NCBI GenBank assembly: GCA_028867335.1
Contig: JAGWGN010000002.1
Coordinates: 9,829 to 73,828 of the forward strand
DNA length: 64,000 nt
Source of the DNA: Candidatus Micrarchaeota archaeon
GTDB lineage: Archaea; Micrarchaeota; Micrarchaeia; Micrarchaeales; CABMGC01
Direction of reading: 5' to 3'
The position numbers and the translations under genes were made by a program. Positions 54,995 to 62,944 of the stretch are shown in pieces. Every line of letters starts with the position of its first letter. Within the stretch, counting starts at the first letter, position 1. The notes under the pieces are model-generated. The model was not told where the DNA came from, did no database searches, and saw nothing but the letters and a program-made list of their open reading frames with translations.

Positions 54995-56920
54995 TCATTT
55001 TCCGCTGCTCATCCCCAGTATGCTCTGGTTGAAGACGCCATCCGAAACATAGAGGTGCTCGCCGTTGTAAATGTTTGCCCTAACCCCATACACCGGGTTG
55101 CCTGATGAGGGCCTTATGTACATCACCAGACTATACGAAGAGGCATTGCCTGGCAGCGCTATTTTGTTTACGTTCACCATGCACCTATAATCCTCCCCGC
55201 CACACTGCACGCTGTCATTTATCAGCGCATAGTTTAGTATGCCTGCAAAGCCTATGTTGTACTTTGAGATGACCCCCGCGAAGACGTACACGGAATCGTT
55301 TGATAGGTTCGCGTAATGGATGGTTGCCGTGTATACCGTTTTGTTCAGGGCGCTGTCAAAATGAATGCTTGCGTTGCTCACGCTCAGATTGAAATTATTT
55401 TGGTAGGCGAGGTGCGAACCGCAAATCAGATAAATAGGGACTGCCACAACCACGGCCACGATGCACAGAACCGCATTCCTGTTTTCGCCCATCCATCTTC
55501 TTATCTGGCCCTTTCCGCCTTTTTGTGCGATGAAAAGGCTGACTATCGCAAATCCTGTGAAGAACGTGTAGTATATAGGTATCGAGTGGGACAAAAAGAG
55601 GAAGGGCACCATTGCAAAGATTCCGACAAGCCTCTTCTGGTTTAGGTAAGCGAAGAGCATCGCAAAAAGTGCCATCGCTGCGAGAAACACTATGGAGAAT
55701 GTGCCCAAAAGCATGTGGTAGTTTGTCGCAATCAGGTACCCTATCGGTGAGGACGACTCAGGAAGAAGCAGCTGGTTTACCGGGCCAAAAAGGTTGCCAA
55801 AAAAGGCGCTCGGGTTCAAAAGTATGAAGTAAAGGTTGAGTGCGATAAAGACTCCCAGCGATCCGATTAGGTTCTGCGCGCCTTTTCTAATCCCGGAGTT
55901 GCTTGCCGAGTATATTATCAGGAGTATCACTGGGAACCAAAGCTGCTCCTGTATGGATAGGCATAGCCCCAAGAAGAGCCATGAATATCTGCTCTCAAGT
56001 TTTGCGTATGCTACCAGGAGCAGGGCGAACATCAGGAATATGGTTATGGAGGAGAGGTACGCCATCGCGATTGTCAAGAAGAGTATTATGCCGTAGACCG
56101 GCTTCTCTATGTATCTTTTCTCGACCAAAAGCGCTGTCGCAAAGAAGGCAAGCAGCAGGAAAATCATCCCCTGCGCCTCTATGTCTATGTTTACAAGGTT
56201 CTGCAAAGTCGGGGTTGAAATCAGATAGAACGGCATAAATGAGAGCAAAAAGAGGGACGGATAGTTTAGTGTACCGATTATGTGGTTCGTAGTGGTTATG
56301 CTGGGCGAGTTTATCGCGCCGCTTGTCGAGTTGTAGAAGATCTGGGATGAAACGGACATCCCGTAGGGGTTCATCCCGGCAAGCAGGTATTTCGTGCTTG
56401 CGAACTGTATGAATATCTCATCGTCTATTTTGTAGTGGTGGTAGACCAGCCCGGAGAAGAAGTAGAGGATCATCACCACAACAAACATCCCAAAGAGCAT
56501 CGCTGACAGCTTTCGGTAGCCCTGCCGATAAAGGTAGAGCCCGAAGAACGTCAGGAAGATAAGCGGCAAGAAGAGCACGAAGTTTATCGCCACGTACTGG
56601 TACGCCGAGACAAGGTAAGCTGTCATCGTCGTCCTCGCGCCAGTCTCAACGAGAAGCAGGATCAGGAAGTTGATAACCAAAAAGGCAAACGTGCCATTTA
56701 ATGCCAGCTTCCCAGGTTCTGAAACTTTCCTTTTTCCCTCCGATATCAAGAATAGCGTTGAATAAGCTACGAAAAGAATCGCATCGGCAAGCGTTGCAAG
56801 CTGAACATAGAAAGAGATTAGCCCGAAGACGGCAAGAGCTGTAGCGAAGCTGATGAAAACAAACGAGGCTATGAAGAAAAAAAGCCTGTACCTGCCCTTA
56901 TCGGACTTTATAATCTCCAT
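54995..56920 (-). CDS. large polytopic membrane protein (12 or more TM) with C-terminal ectodomain; possible GT-C-type glycosyltransferase
   Basis: 641 aa. An early-loop acidic motif followed by HHYKIDDEIFIQFASTKYLLAGMNPYG resembles the D/E loop plus G..pY of GT-C (DUF2029/GT87/PMT-like) enzymes. The C-terminal ~170 aa are sequon-rich. The function is tentative. Confidence 0.55.
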   Translation of the reverse strand: MEIIKSDKGRYRLFFFIASFVFISFATALAVFGLISFYVQLATLADAILFVAYSTLFLISEGKRKVSEPGKLALNGTFAFLVINFLILLLVETGARTTMTAYLVSAYQYVAINFVLFLPLIFLTFFGLYLYRQGYRKLSAMLFGMFVVVMILYFFSGLVYHHYKIDDEIFIQFASTKYLLAGMNPYGMSVSSQIFYNSTSGAINSPSITTTNHIIGTLNYPSLFLLSFMPFYLISTPTLQNLVNIDIEAQGMIFLLLAFFATALLVEKRYIEKPVYGIILFLTIAMAYLSSITIFLMFALLLVAYAKLESRYSWLFLGLCLSIQEQLWFPVILLIIYSASNSGIRKGAQNLIGSLGVFIALNLYFILLNPSAFFGNLFGPVNQLLLPESSSPIGYLIATNYHMLLGTFSIVFLAAMALFAMLFAYLNQKRLVGIFAMVPFLFLSHSIPIYYTFFTGFAIVSLFIAQKGGKGQIRRWMGENRNAVLCIVAVVVAVPIYLICGSHLAYQNNFNLSVSNASIHFDSALNKTVYTATIHYANLSNDSVYVFAGVISKYNIGFAGILNYALINDSVQCGGEDYRCMVNVNKIALPGNASSYSLVMYIRPSSGNPVYGVRANIYNGEHLYVSDGVFNQSILGMSSGK

Positions 56921-56957
56921 AAAGAAAAATAAAAAACAGACTGAACCCTACAGGACT

Positions 56958-57371
56958 TCAGCACGCAAGTGAAGAGAGTCCCGATCCGAAGTTCAGTATT
57001 GTTGATATTATGAATGGCGCAAGTATCACGAGTATCACTCCGATGACCCCACCGAGAATCATACCCATTGCCCATCCCTGCATGCTTGCCTTTACCTGTC
57101 CTGCCGCAGGCATGAAGTGTCCGACTGCGTACAGCACTCCTCCCACGAGGAACATGACAAGAGCGATCACTCCGATGACAGTCCTCACTCCGCCGACTAT
57201 GCCGCAGAGCTGTGAGGTTAGAACATCAATTGTTGAGCCGTTGGTTCCTGAAACCGTAGTTCCAGAAGAAGATCCTCCTCCAGAAACGCTAGTTGCAGCA
57301 TTTACAATGCTAAACATGCTACCTAGAAGTATTGTAAGCATCCAAAGAAGTCTAATGTTTGAACTCTTCAC
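56958..57371 (-). CDS. VirB2/TrbC/CedA1/TedC-like pilin candidate
   Basis: 137 aa with a GTG start. Sec signal peptide MKSSNIRLLWMLTILLGSMFSIVNA/ATS. Next comes a Ser/Gly/Thr-rich segment, then two hydrophobic helices (VRTVIGVIALVMFLVGGVLYAVG and WAMGMILGGVIGVILVILAPFIISTIL) joined by the short loop HFMPAAGQVKASMQG. First gene of the operon. Confidence 0.6.
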   Translation of the reverse strand: MKSSNIRLLWMLTILLGSMFSIVNAATSVSGGGSSSGTTVSGTNGSTIDVLTSQLCGIVGGVRTVIGVIALVMFLVGGVLYAVGHFMPAAGQVKASMQGWAMGMILGGVIGVILVILAPFIISTILNFGSGLSSLAC

Positions 57372-57401
57372 CAGTACACCTTGATTTTTGATTTAACTGA
57401 G

Positions 57402-57414
57402 CATATTTAAATAG
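57402..57414 (-). promoter_or_regulatory. TATA-like box (CTATTTAAATATG on the - strand) upstream of the pilin-candidate gene
   Basis: Lies 31-43 nt upstream of the GTG at 57371. Recognised by eye only. Confidence 0.35.
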
Positions 57415-57481
57415 CTTTCTGTAAGTTTGTTTCTCTCTATAGACTTTACAACAAACTGAAATCCAGGTTTTTACCGAGAGC

Positions 57482-57512
57482 ATAACTATTGAAAAAACAA
57501 AACAATAGTTAT
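57482..57512. promoter_or_regulatory. perfect 10-bp inverted repeat abutting the TATA box of the PKD gene
   Basis: ATAACTATTG-(11 nt, AAAAAACAAAA)-CAATAGTTAT is read directly. It is immediately followed by CTATATATATC (57513-57523), 21-31 nt upstream of the ATG at 57544. Confidence 0.5.
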
Positions 57513-57543
57513 CTATATATATCTCTTAACCCCAAATTAAATT

Positions 57544-59706
57544 ATGAATGCGACTGGGATAGCTAGCATTTTTGGGTTAGGAATAACCATTTTCATGCTT
57601 AGTTTTTTCGGTTCCGCATATTTTTTCTCACCTTCTCAACATGGCCTTAACACGCTTTCTACCCCATCGCAACAGATACAAATGAGCCTTTCCCAATCAG
57701 TTAGTGGGGGAGGATTAACCGTAACACTAAGTGGAACCATAACGGACCCCAACCAAGGCGCTCAGATAAGCTATGGTTCTGTATCGGTAAATTGGGGAGA
57801 CGGGTCCTCAACACAAGGGTTGTATCCGGTCCATACTTACTCTCATTCGGGTTCCTATACAATAACAACAACTGTGCGGGATAGTTTAGGCAACACTGCC
57901 ACAAATACAAAAAATGTGAATCTTGCCGGAGGGAGCGGCGGCACAACTATTTCTACCTCATTTCCTGGAATAACCGATGCTTCTACAGGTTTCACTTCGC
58001 CTACCCTTAATTTCAACCCACAAGTAGGTGGTAACGGTATGTTCGTAACTGTTAGCGGAACTATAGTGGACCCAAACAAGGGTGCAAGCATAAGATCTGT
58101 GACATGGGACTGGGGCGATGGCTCTCCAGACACCACTGGCTTTTCGCCACAGCATAGCTATACCATTCCTGGGCAGTACAGTATTTCAGGAACGGTAGTT
58201 GATACTTTTGGAGAGGCCTCAAGCCAGATTGAATCAGTCAGCGTCTCACAAGGTTCTGGTGCAACCATTCAGATCATTACCACAAACAATCAGGGCCAGA
58301 ATAATCTGCCAATTTCAATTTCAGTGACTGCAACAACAAGCGGTATGACAGTAACACCACGCGGCACCATAAACGACCCAAATCCTGCAGCCGCTACAAT
58401 ATCTGTAACCTGGGACTGGGGTGACAACAGTGCGCAATCTAACGGCTGGCCTTCAGGCCTCAGTCATACCTATTCTCAGTCAGGAACTTACATAATAACT
58501 ATTACTGCAACTGATGACCTAGGGCTTCGCAACTCTCAATCCATAACAACTACGGTTGGTGGAGGCTCCTCAACATCTTCTGGTTCATCTGGCGGAATAC
58601 AGATACAGTTCAATTTGATTAAAAATGGCGGACTCAAAGTGACCCCACAGGGGTCTGCAACAGATACTGCGCAAGGCTCAGTGTTTAGTTCCGTAATCTG
58701 GGACTGGGGAGACGGAACTCCGGACACTCACGGCTGGCCTTCAGGCCTAAGTCATACCTACGCGCAAGGCGGAACATACACTGTAACATTTTCTGTTTCA
58801 GACAACTTCGGTCAGAGCGCCTCTGCAACACAGACAGTTTCGCTTCAGTCCGCCCTCTCACAAATCGGGTTCAATGTCAACTACCAGGCAAGTGGCCTTA
58901 CAGTTACCCCTTCTGGTAGCATAAACGATCCAAACGATGCCGCGAAGACTCTTTCGGTTAGCTGGGACTGGGGCGATGGAAGTTCGCCATCAGGTGGCTG
59001 GCCTTCAGGCCTCAGCCACACTTATGCATCTGCGGGGCAGTACGCAGTTACAATAACAGCGACAGATGACATAGGCCAGAGTAACACGAACGTCCAGCTC
59101 GTTACGGTTTCAGGAACAAGCGGGGGCACGACTTCCGGAGGCGTTTCAGGCAAACCCATTTCAATAAGCGTAAGCTATCCAAAGAGTGGGTTAAAGGTCA
59201 CTCCATCGGGTTCAATAAATGATCCAAACGATGCCGCGACATCAATTACGACAAACTGGGACTGGGGAGACGGCACAGCTCCTTCAACGGGCTGGCCTTC
59301 AGGCCTCAGCCACACATACTCGCAGCAGGGTACATACATCATAACATTGACTGCCACAGACAACATAGGGACAACCAACACTCAGAAAACGTCAGTCTCT
59401 GTTAGCCCTTCAGCCACCACGACAATCCAGCAATCCTCGATAGTGTCGGGCCAGCCTATCGCGATAAACGTCAACTATCAGAAAAGCGGGGAGACGGTAA
59501 TTCCCCAGGGGAGCATAAACGACCCTAACACCCTTGCCACCTCTCTGAATGTTCTCTGGAGCTGGGGCGACGGAACAACATCGGGTGCATGGCCTTCAGG
59601 CCTCAGCCACACCTACATAACTCCTGGATCATACACAATCACAGTCACAGCAAGGGACAATCTCGGGCTTACAAACACTGCAAGCCAGACGGTAAATGTG
59701 CAATAG
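57544..59706 (+). CDS. membrane-anchored or secreted protein with seven PKD domains
   Basis: 720 aa. N-terminal hydrophobic segment IASIFGLGITIFMLSFFGSAYFF. Seven units carry W(D/S)WGDG....GWPSGLSHTY...G.Y.IT.TA.D..G. Confidence 0.85.
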   Translation: MNATGIASIFGLGITIFMLSFFGSAYFFSPSQHGLNTLSTPSQQIQMSLSQSVSGGGLTVTLSGTITDPNQGAQISYGSVSVNWGDGSSTQGLYPVHTYSHSGSYTITTTVRDSLGNTATNTKNVNLAGGSGGTTISTSFPGITDASTGFTSPTLNFNPQVGGNGMFVTVSGTIVDPNKGASIRSVTWDWGDGSPDTTGFSPQHSYTIPGQYSISGTVVDTFGEASSQIESVSVSQGSGATIQIITTNNQGQNNLPISISVTATTSGMTVTPRGTINDPNPAAATISVTWDWGDNSAQSNGWPSGLSHTYSQSGTYIITITATDDLGLRNSQSITTTVGGGSSTSSGSSGGIQIQFNLIKNGGLKVTPQGSATDTAQGSVFSSVIWDWGDGTPDTHGWPSGLSHTYAQGGTYTVTFSVSDNFGQSASATQTVSLQSALSQIGFNVNYQASGLTVTPSGSINDPNDAAKTLSVSWDWGDGSSPSGGWPSGLSHTYASAGQYAVTITATDDIGQSNTNVQLVTVSGTSGGTTSGGVSGKPISISVSYPKSGLKVTPSGSINDPNDAATSITTNWDWGDGTAPSTGWPSGLSHTYSQQGTYIITLTATDNIGTTNTQKTSVSVSPSATTTIQQSSIVSGQPIAINVNYQKSGETVIPQGSINDPNTLATSLNVLWSWGDGTTSGAWPSGLSHTYITPGSYTITVTARDNLGLTNTASQTVNVQ

Positions 59707-60056
59707 AAACGCAGATACAAGCATCTTTTTATAACCTTAAAAGAGATTCCTTGACATATGGCCTGGCAGAATATATTAGTTAAAAATTTGCTACTTATTT
59801 TCATCGGATGTGCACTGATTAGCGCATCCCTCTCAGCATCCGCAACGCTTTCCGGATACACCGTAACATCAAACAATTCGATTCACTCGACGATGGACCC
59901 TTTCATAATAAATGTCAGCTACGCTGTTAGCTCTCTTAAAGTCACCCCGCTAGGAGTGGTTGTAGATCCAAACAATGATGCAAGAACAATATTTACAACC
60001 TGGAGCTGGGGCGACGGTTCGGTCACAACTGGCTGGCCTTCAGGCCTCAGCCACAC
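58444..60056 (+). repeat. six in-frame copies of a near-identical ~26-nt unit (GGCTGGCCTTCAGGCCTCAGCCACAC) encoding GWPSGLSH
   Basis: Copies start near 58444, 58732, 58996, 59290, 59590 (first bases differ) and 60031. Flanking codons are much less conserved at the nucleotide level. Confidence 0.8.
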
Positions 60057-60717
60057 ATACCTCCATGCAGGGAACTATACAATAAGGCTTACTGCAATTG
60101 ATGACATCGGGAACGTGAATACTCAGATAAGCCACATCTTTGTAAGCGGGGTAACCTCAAATCCATTCAGCATAAAACTCAAATTTGATAGGTCCGGCTC
60201 AAAAATAATACCTAATGGGACCATAAAAGACCAGGCGCGCAACGCCTCATCCATCTATCTTCTCTGGAGCTGGGGCGACGGAACTGTGGACTCTGGATGG
60301 ACAAAAAATCTAAACCACACCTACCCTGCGCCAGGCAATTACTCTGTTTCAATAGTGATGAGTGATAATGCCGGGAACAAAAACACCTACCAAAAATCTG
60401 TACTTATAAACAGTAACTTCCCAAAGCCGCCAAAGTTTGTTCCCCAGATAAGAACACTTAAGATTGGAGAGAATCTCACCAACGGTTACATAACTGTGAA
60501 GTTGGAGAACCTCATTTTCTCTGATAAAAATGGGAGCACAAAGGCGCAACTTGTGGTGTACAACAATGGCGTCTACACCAACCAGATTGTTGTAAAACCC
60601 CTTACAACCGTGAAAGTTAACTCTGGCGGAACAATCCTCTACATCTATGTCGGGCAGACTATCTTCGGACTATATAACGACAGGACTGCAGAAGTTGAAG
60701 TTGAGTACGCGCAATGA
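59758..60717 (+). CDS. secreted protein with two PKD domains and a C-terminal beta-rich domain
   Basis: 319 aa. Signal-like N terminus LLLIFIGCALISASLSASA. PKD units TTWSWGDGSVTTGWPSGLSHTYLHAGNYTIRLTAIDDIGN and LLWSWGDGTVDSGWTKNLNHTYPAPGNYSVSIVMSDNAGN. Confidence 0.8.
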   Translation: MAWQNILVKNLLLIFIGCALISASLSASATLSGYTVTSNNSIHSTMDPFIINVSYAVSSLKVTPLGVVVDPNNDARTIFTTWSWGDGSVTTGWPSGLSHTYLHAGNYTIRLTAIDDIGNVNTQISHIFVSGVTSNPFSIKLKFDRSGSKIIPNGTIKDQARNASSIYLLWSWGDGTVDSGWTKNLNHTYPAPGNYSVSIVMSDNAGNKNTYQKSVLINSNFPKPPKFVPQIRTLKIGENLTNGYITVKLENLIFSDKNGSTKAQLVVYNNGVYTNQIVVKPLTTVKVNSGGTILYIYVGQTIFGLYNDRTAEVEVEYAQ

Positions 60718-61626
60718 CTATCCAAGAGTGGCAAGTATTCCGTCCACAATCCCCTTAACCCCGACTCCTCCTGTGGCGCGAACAGCAATCCTGTGGCTGA
60801 GCACCGGCTTTGCAAGGAACTTTATGTCGTCCCTTGTGACCTCGGTCCTTCCCTCGATTAGCGCCTTTGCCTTTCCGCACATCATCAGCGCAATGTCGGC
60901 CCTCGGGCTTGCGCCCATCACAACGTGGATGTCGGTTCGCGTGGCATTGACTATCCCGGTGATGTAGTTTGCTACGTCATCTGGCATCTTGATTAGCTTT
61001 GCCTGCTGCTGGTACTCGATTATGTCCTGCGTGCTGATTATCTTGCTCACTATGCTCTTCTCCTCCCGTTCCTTGATTCGAAGCATCTCCTTCTCCTCCT
61101 CCTCGCTCGGGTAGTCGACATCGATCTTCATTATGAACCTGTCCGCAAGCACCTTTGGCAGCGGCTCGGTCCCCTCTATTCGCAGCGGGTTCTGGGTTGC
61201 AAAGGCTGTGAATGGCCTCGGAAGCTGCATGTCAACCCCTCCCGCGGTTACCTGCCGCTCCTCAAGTGTCTCAAGAAGCGCGCTCATCGTCTTTGGAGGG
61301 GACCTGTTGAGCTCGTCGATAAGCAGGATGTTTGTGAATATCGGTCCCTTCTTGAAGGCGGGCGAGTTGTTGTCGTCAAGGTAGGCGTAGCCGACTATGT
61401 CCTTGGGCTCTAGGTCCGGGGTCCCCTGGATCCTCTTGAAGTCCGCCTGTATGGTTGATGCAAGCGCCTTTGTCATGGTCGTCTTTGCGACTCCCGGCAC
61501 TCCCTCAAGCAGAGCGTGCCCGTTTGCAACGATTGCGATAAAGAGCAGCTCGATCGTGTCGGTCTTTCCGGATATGTGCTTTTTCATCTCGGCAAGCGTC
61601 CTTGAATAGGCCTCTTTTGCGTCCAA
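60718..61626 (-). CDS. moxR: MoxR-family AAA+ ATPase
   Basis: 302 aa. LLEGVPGVAKTTMTKALA (Walker A), LLIDELNRSPPKTMSALLE (Walker B region) and the typical MoxR length. Confidence 0.85.
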   Translation of the reverse strand: MDAKEAYSRTLAEMKKHISGKTDTIELLFIAIVANGHALLEGVPGVAKTTMTKALASTIQADFKRIQGTPDLEPKDIVGYAYLDDNNSPAFKKGPIFTNILLIDELNRSPPKTMSALLETLEERQVTAGGVDMQLPRPFTAFATQNPLRIEGTEPLPKVLADRFIMKIDVDYPSEEEEKEMLRIKEREEKSIVSKIISTQDIIEYQQQAKLIKMPDDVANYITGIVNATRTDIHVVMGASPRADIALMMCGKAKALIEGRTEVTRDDIKFLAKPVLSHRIAVRATGGVGVKGIVDGILATLG

Positions 61627-61698
61627 ATTAGCACCGATAATAGTTAGTAGGGAAAGGTTTAATAATTAACTTTGCCCTATTATCCTTAAGGTGTATTA

Positions 61699-62034
61699 AT
61701 GATAGGAAAAGATCACATTTCAGGCAATCCAGTAACGGTAGCGGAGTCACTTGACATACTAGAGGAGCGAAAGAAGGCTGGGGAGCTGGGATACGAGCAG
61801 CAGATAGCATACGACCACGCAAAGAAGTTCGCCTCCATGGATCTGGACAAGGCAAAGAAGTTCGCAGCCGACCTTGAGGACGTGGGGATAAGCAAGAAGG
61901 CGATAATCAAGGTCATCGATGTCATGCCGGCCAACGAGGTCCAGCTAAAGAACGTACTGCTAATTGAGAAAAAGACGTTCGAGGCCGATGTCATTAAGAA
62001 GGTACTTGAGGTCGTGGCCAAGTACAAGAAGTAA
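61699..62034 (+). CDS. rpoF: DNA-directed RNA polymerase subunit Rpo4 (RpoF)
   Basis: 111 aa. ...PVTVAESLDILEERKKAGELGYEQQIAYDHAKKF... is the typical Rpo4/F helical pattern. It is followed by DUF655, as in many archaea. Confidence 0.75.
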   Translation: MIGKDHISGNPVTVAESLDILEERKKAGELGYEQQIAYDHAKKFASMDLDKAKKFAADLEDVGISKKAIIKVIDVMPANEVQLKNVLLIEKKTFEADVIKKVLEVVAKYKK

Positions 62035-62061
62035 CAGTTTTGCATATTTTGGGCGCTGTCC

Positions 62062-62637
62062 ATGGAATTCGAGAGAAAAGAGGAATTGGAGGAACACGCT
62101 GTTGTTCTAGACTATCTCCCTACTGGCAAGTCCGGCGCCGCAAAGTCGGAGCCGACAGCGATACTTCTTGGCGAGAATAAGTTCACGCTCCTTGAGGCGG
62201 TCCCAAAGCTTGGGGCAATCCTGAAGGTGGGAGAAAGAGTATACATAGGAAAGGCGGAGCGGGACAAGATTGCACTGATAAAACTCAGGCTAAACTACAG
62301 CGAGCTGACCGAGGGCGCGAGAAACGAGCTGCCGAAGGCGGTCTCGCAGATCGTCAAGGGCAACGAGCCAAAGTTCGTAGACGTCTTCAACAGGGCAGGC
62401 CCGATCAACATAAGGGAGCACTCACTCGAGCTGCTTCCCGGTGTCGGAAAAAAGCACCTTCAGGGAATAATAAAGGCGAGGGAGGAGAAGCCGTTTGAGA
62501 GCTTCGCAGACATCTCGGCAAGGGTATCGCTACTTCAGGATCCTGTCAAACTTCTAACAGACAGGATAATCGTAGAGCTAAAGGGAGAGAGCAGGTTCTA
62601 TCTGCTCACAAGGCCTTACGGAAAGCCGCACTTTTAA
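62062..62637 (+). CDS. DUF655-family protein (OB fold + helix-hairpin-helix)
   Basis: 191 aa. HAVVLDYLPTGKS...FTLLEAVPK...LELLPGVGKKHLQGIIKAREEKPFESFADI. Confidence 0.75.
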   Translation: MEFERKEELEEHAVVLDYLPTGKSGAAKSEPTAILLGENKFTLLEAVPKLGAILKVGERVYIGKAERDKIALIKLRLNYSELTEGARNELPKAVSQIVKGNEPKFVDVFNRAGPINIREHSLELLPGVGKKHLQGIIKAREEKPFESFADISARVSLLQDPVKLLTDRIIVELKGESRFYLLTRPYGKPHF

Positions 62638-62704
62638 GAATCTATCCTAAAAATTTTAGAAAATTTTCAGACATTTTAAAAGTCTATTTTTAGTCAATCT
62701 ATTC

Positions 62705-62944
62705 ATGCATGAGATAGTCATAAGTCAACATGCTCGAGAACGAATGGCAAGATATAAGGTCACTGAAGAACTAGTGAAAATAACTCTAGAAAGCCCAGAG
62801 ATCACACTTGAAGGCCACAGCGGCAGGAATATCTATCAACGTAGGCTTAATGGGCATCTGTTGCGGGTAATTACCGAGGATTCCAAAGGAATAAAAATTG
62901 TTATAACGATATACAAAGCGAAAAGGGAAAGATATGAGATATAA
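62705..62944 (+). CDS. DUF4258-like small protein (putative toxin)
   Basis: 79 aa. MHEIVISQHARERMARYKVTEELVKITLESPE... has the H..R..R pattern of DUF4258. AT-rich. Confidence 0.55.
   Translation: MHEIVISQHARERMARYKVTEELVKITLESPEITLEGHSGRNIYQRRLNGHLLRVITEDSKGIKIVITIYKAKRERYEI

Noticed and set aside
38979-57371. Integrated conjugative plasmid or ICE
   Set aside because: No integrase, relaxase, coupling protein, replication gene or flanking tRNA/direct repeats are seen within the window, and composition resembles the core genes. This cannot be fully excluded, because mobilisation genes could lie elsewhere.
59758-59850. Lipobox in the second PKD protein (LLIFIGCA)
   Set aside because: The residues before the Cys (F-I-G) fit the lipobox consensus poorly. 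An ordinary signal peptidase site (SASA/T) a few residues later is equally plausible.
58444-60056. Regularly spaced near-identical 26-nt repeats that could be mistaken for a CRISPR-like array
   Set aside because: The repeats are in frame inside PKD-domain coding sequence (encoding GWPSGLSH). Spacing is about 264-441 nt rather than 60-80 nt, and the 'spacers' are homologous to each other at the protein level.
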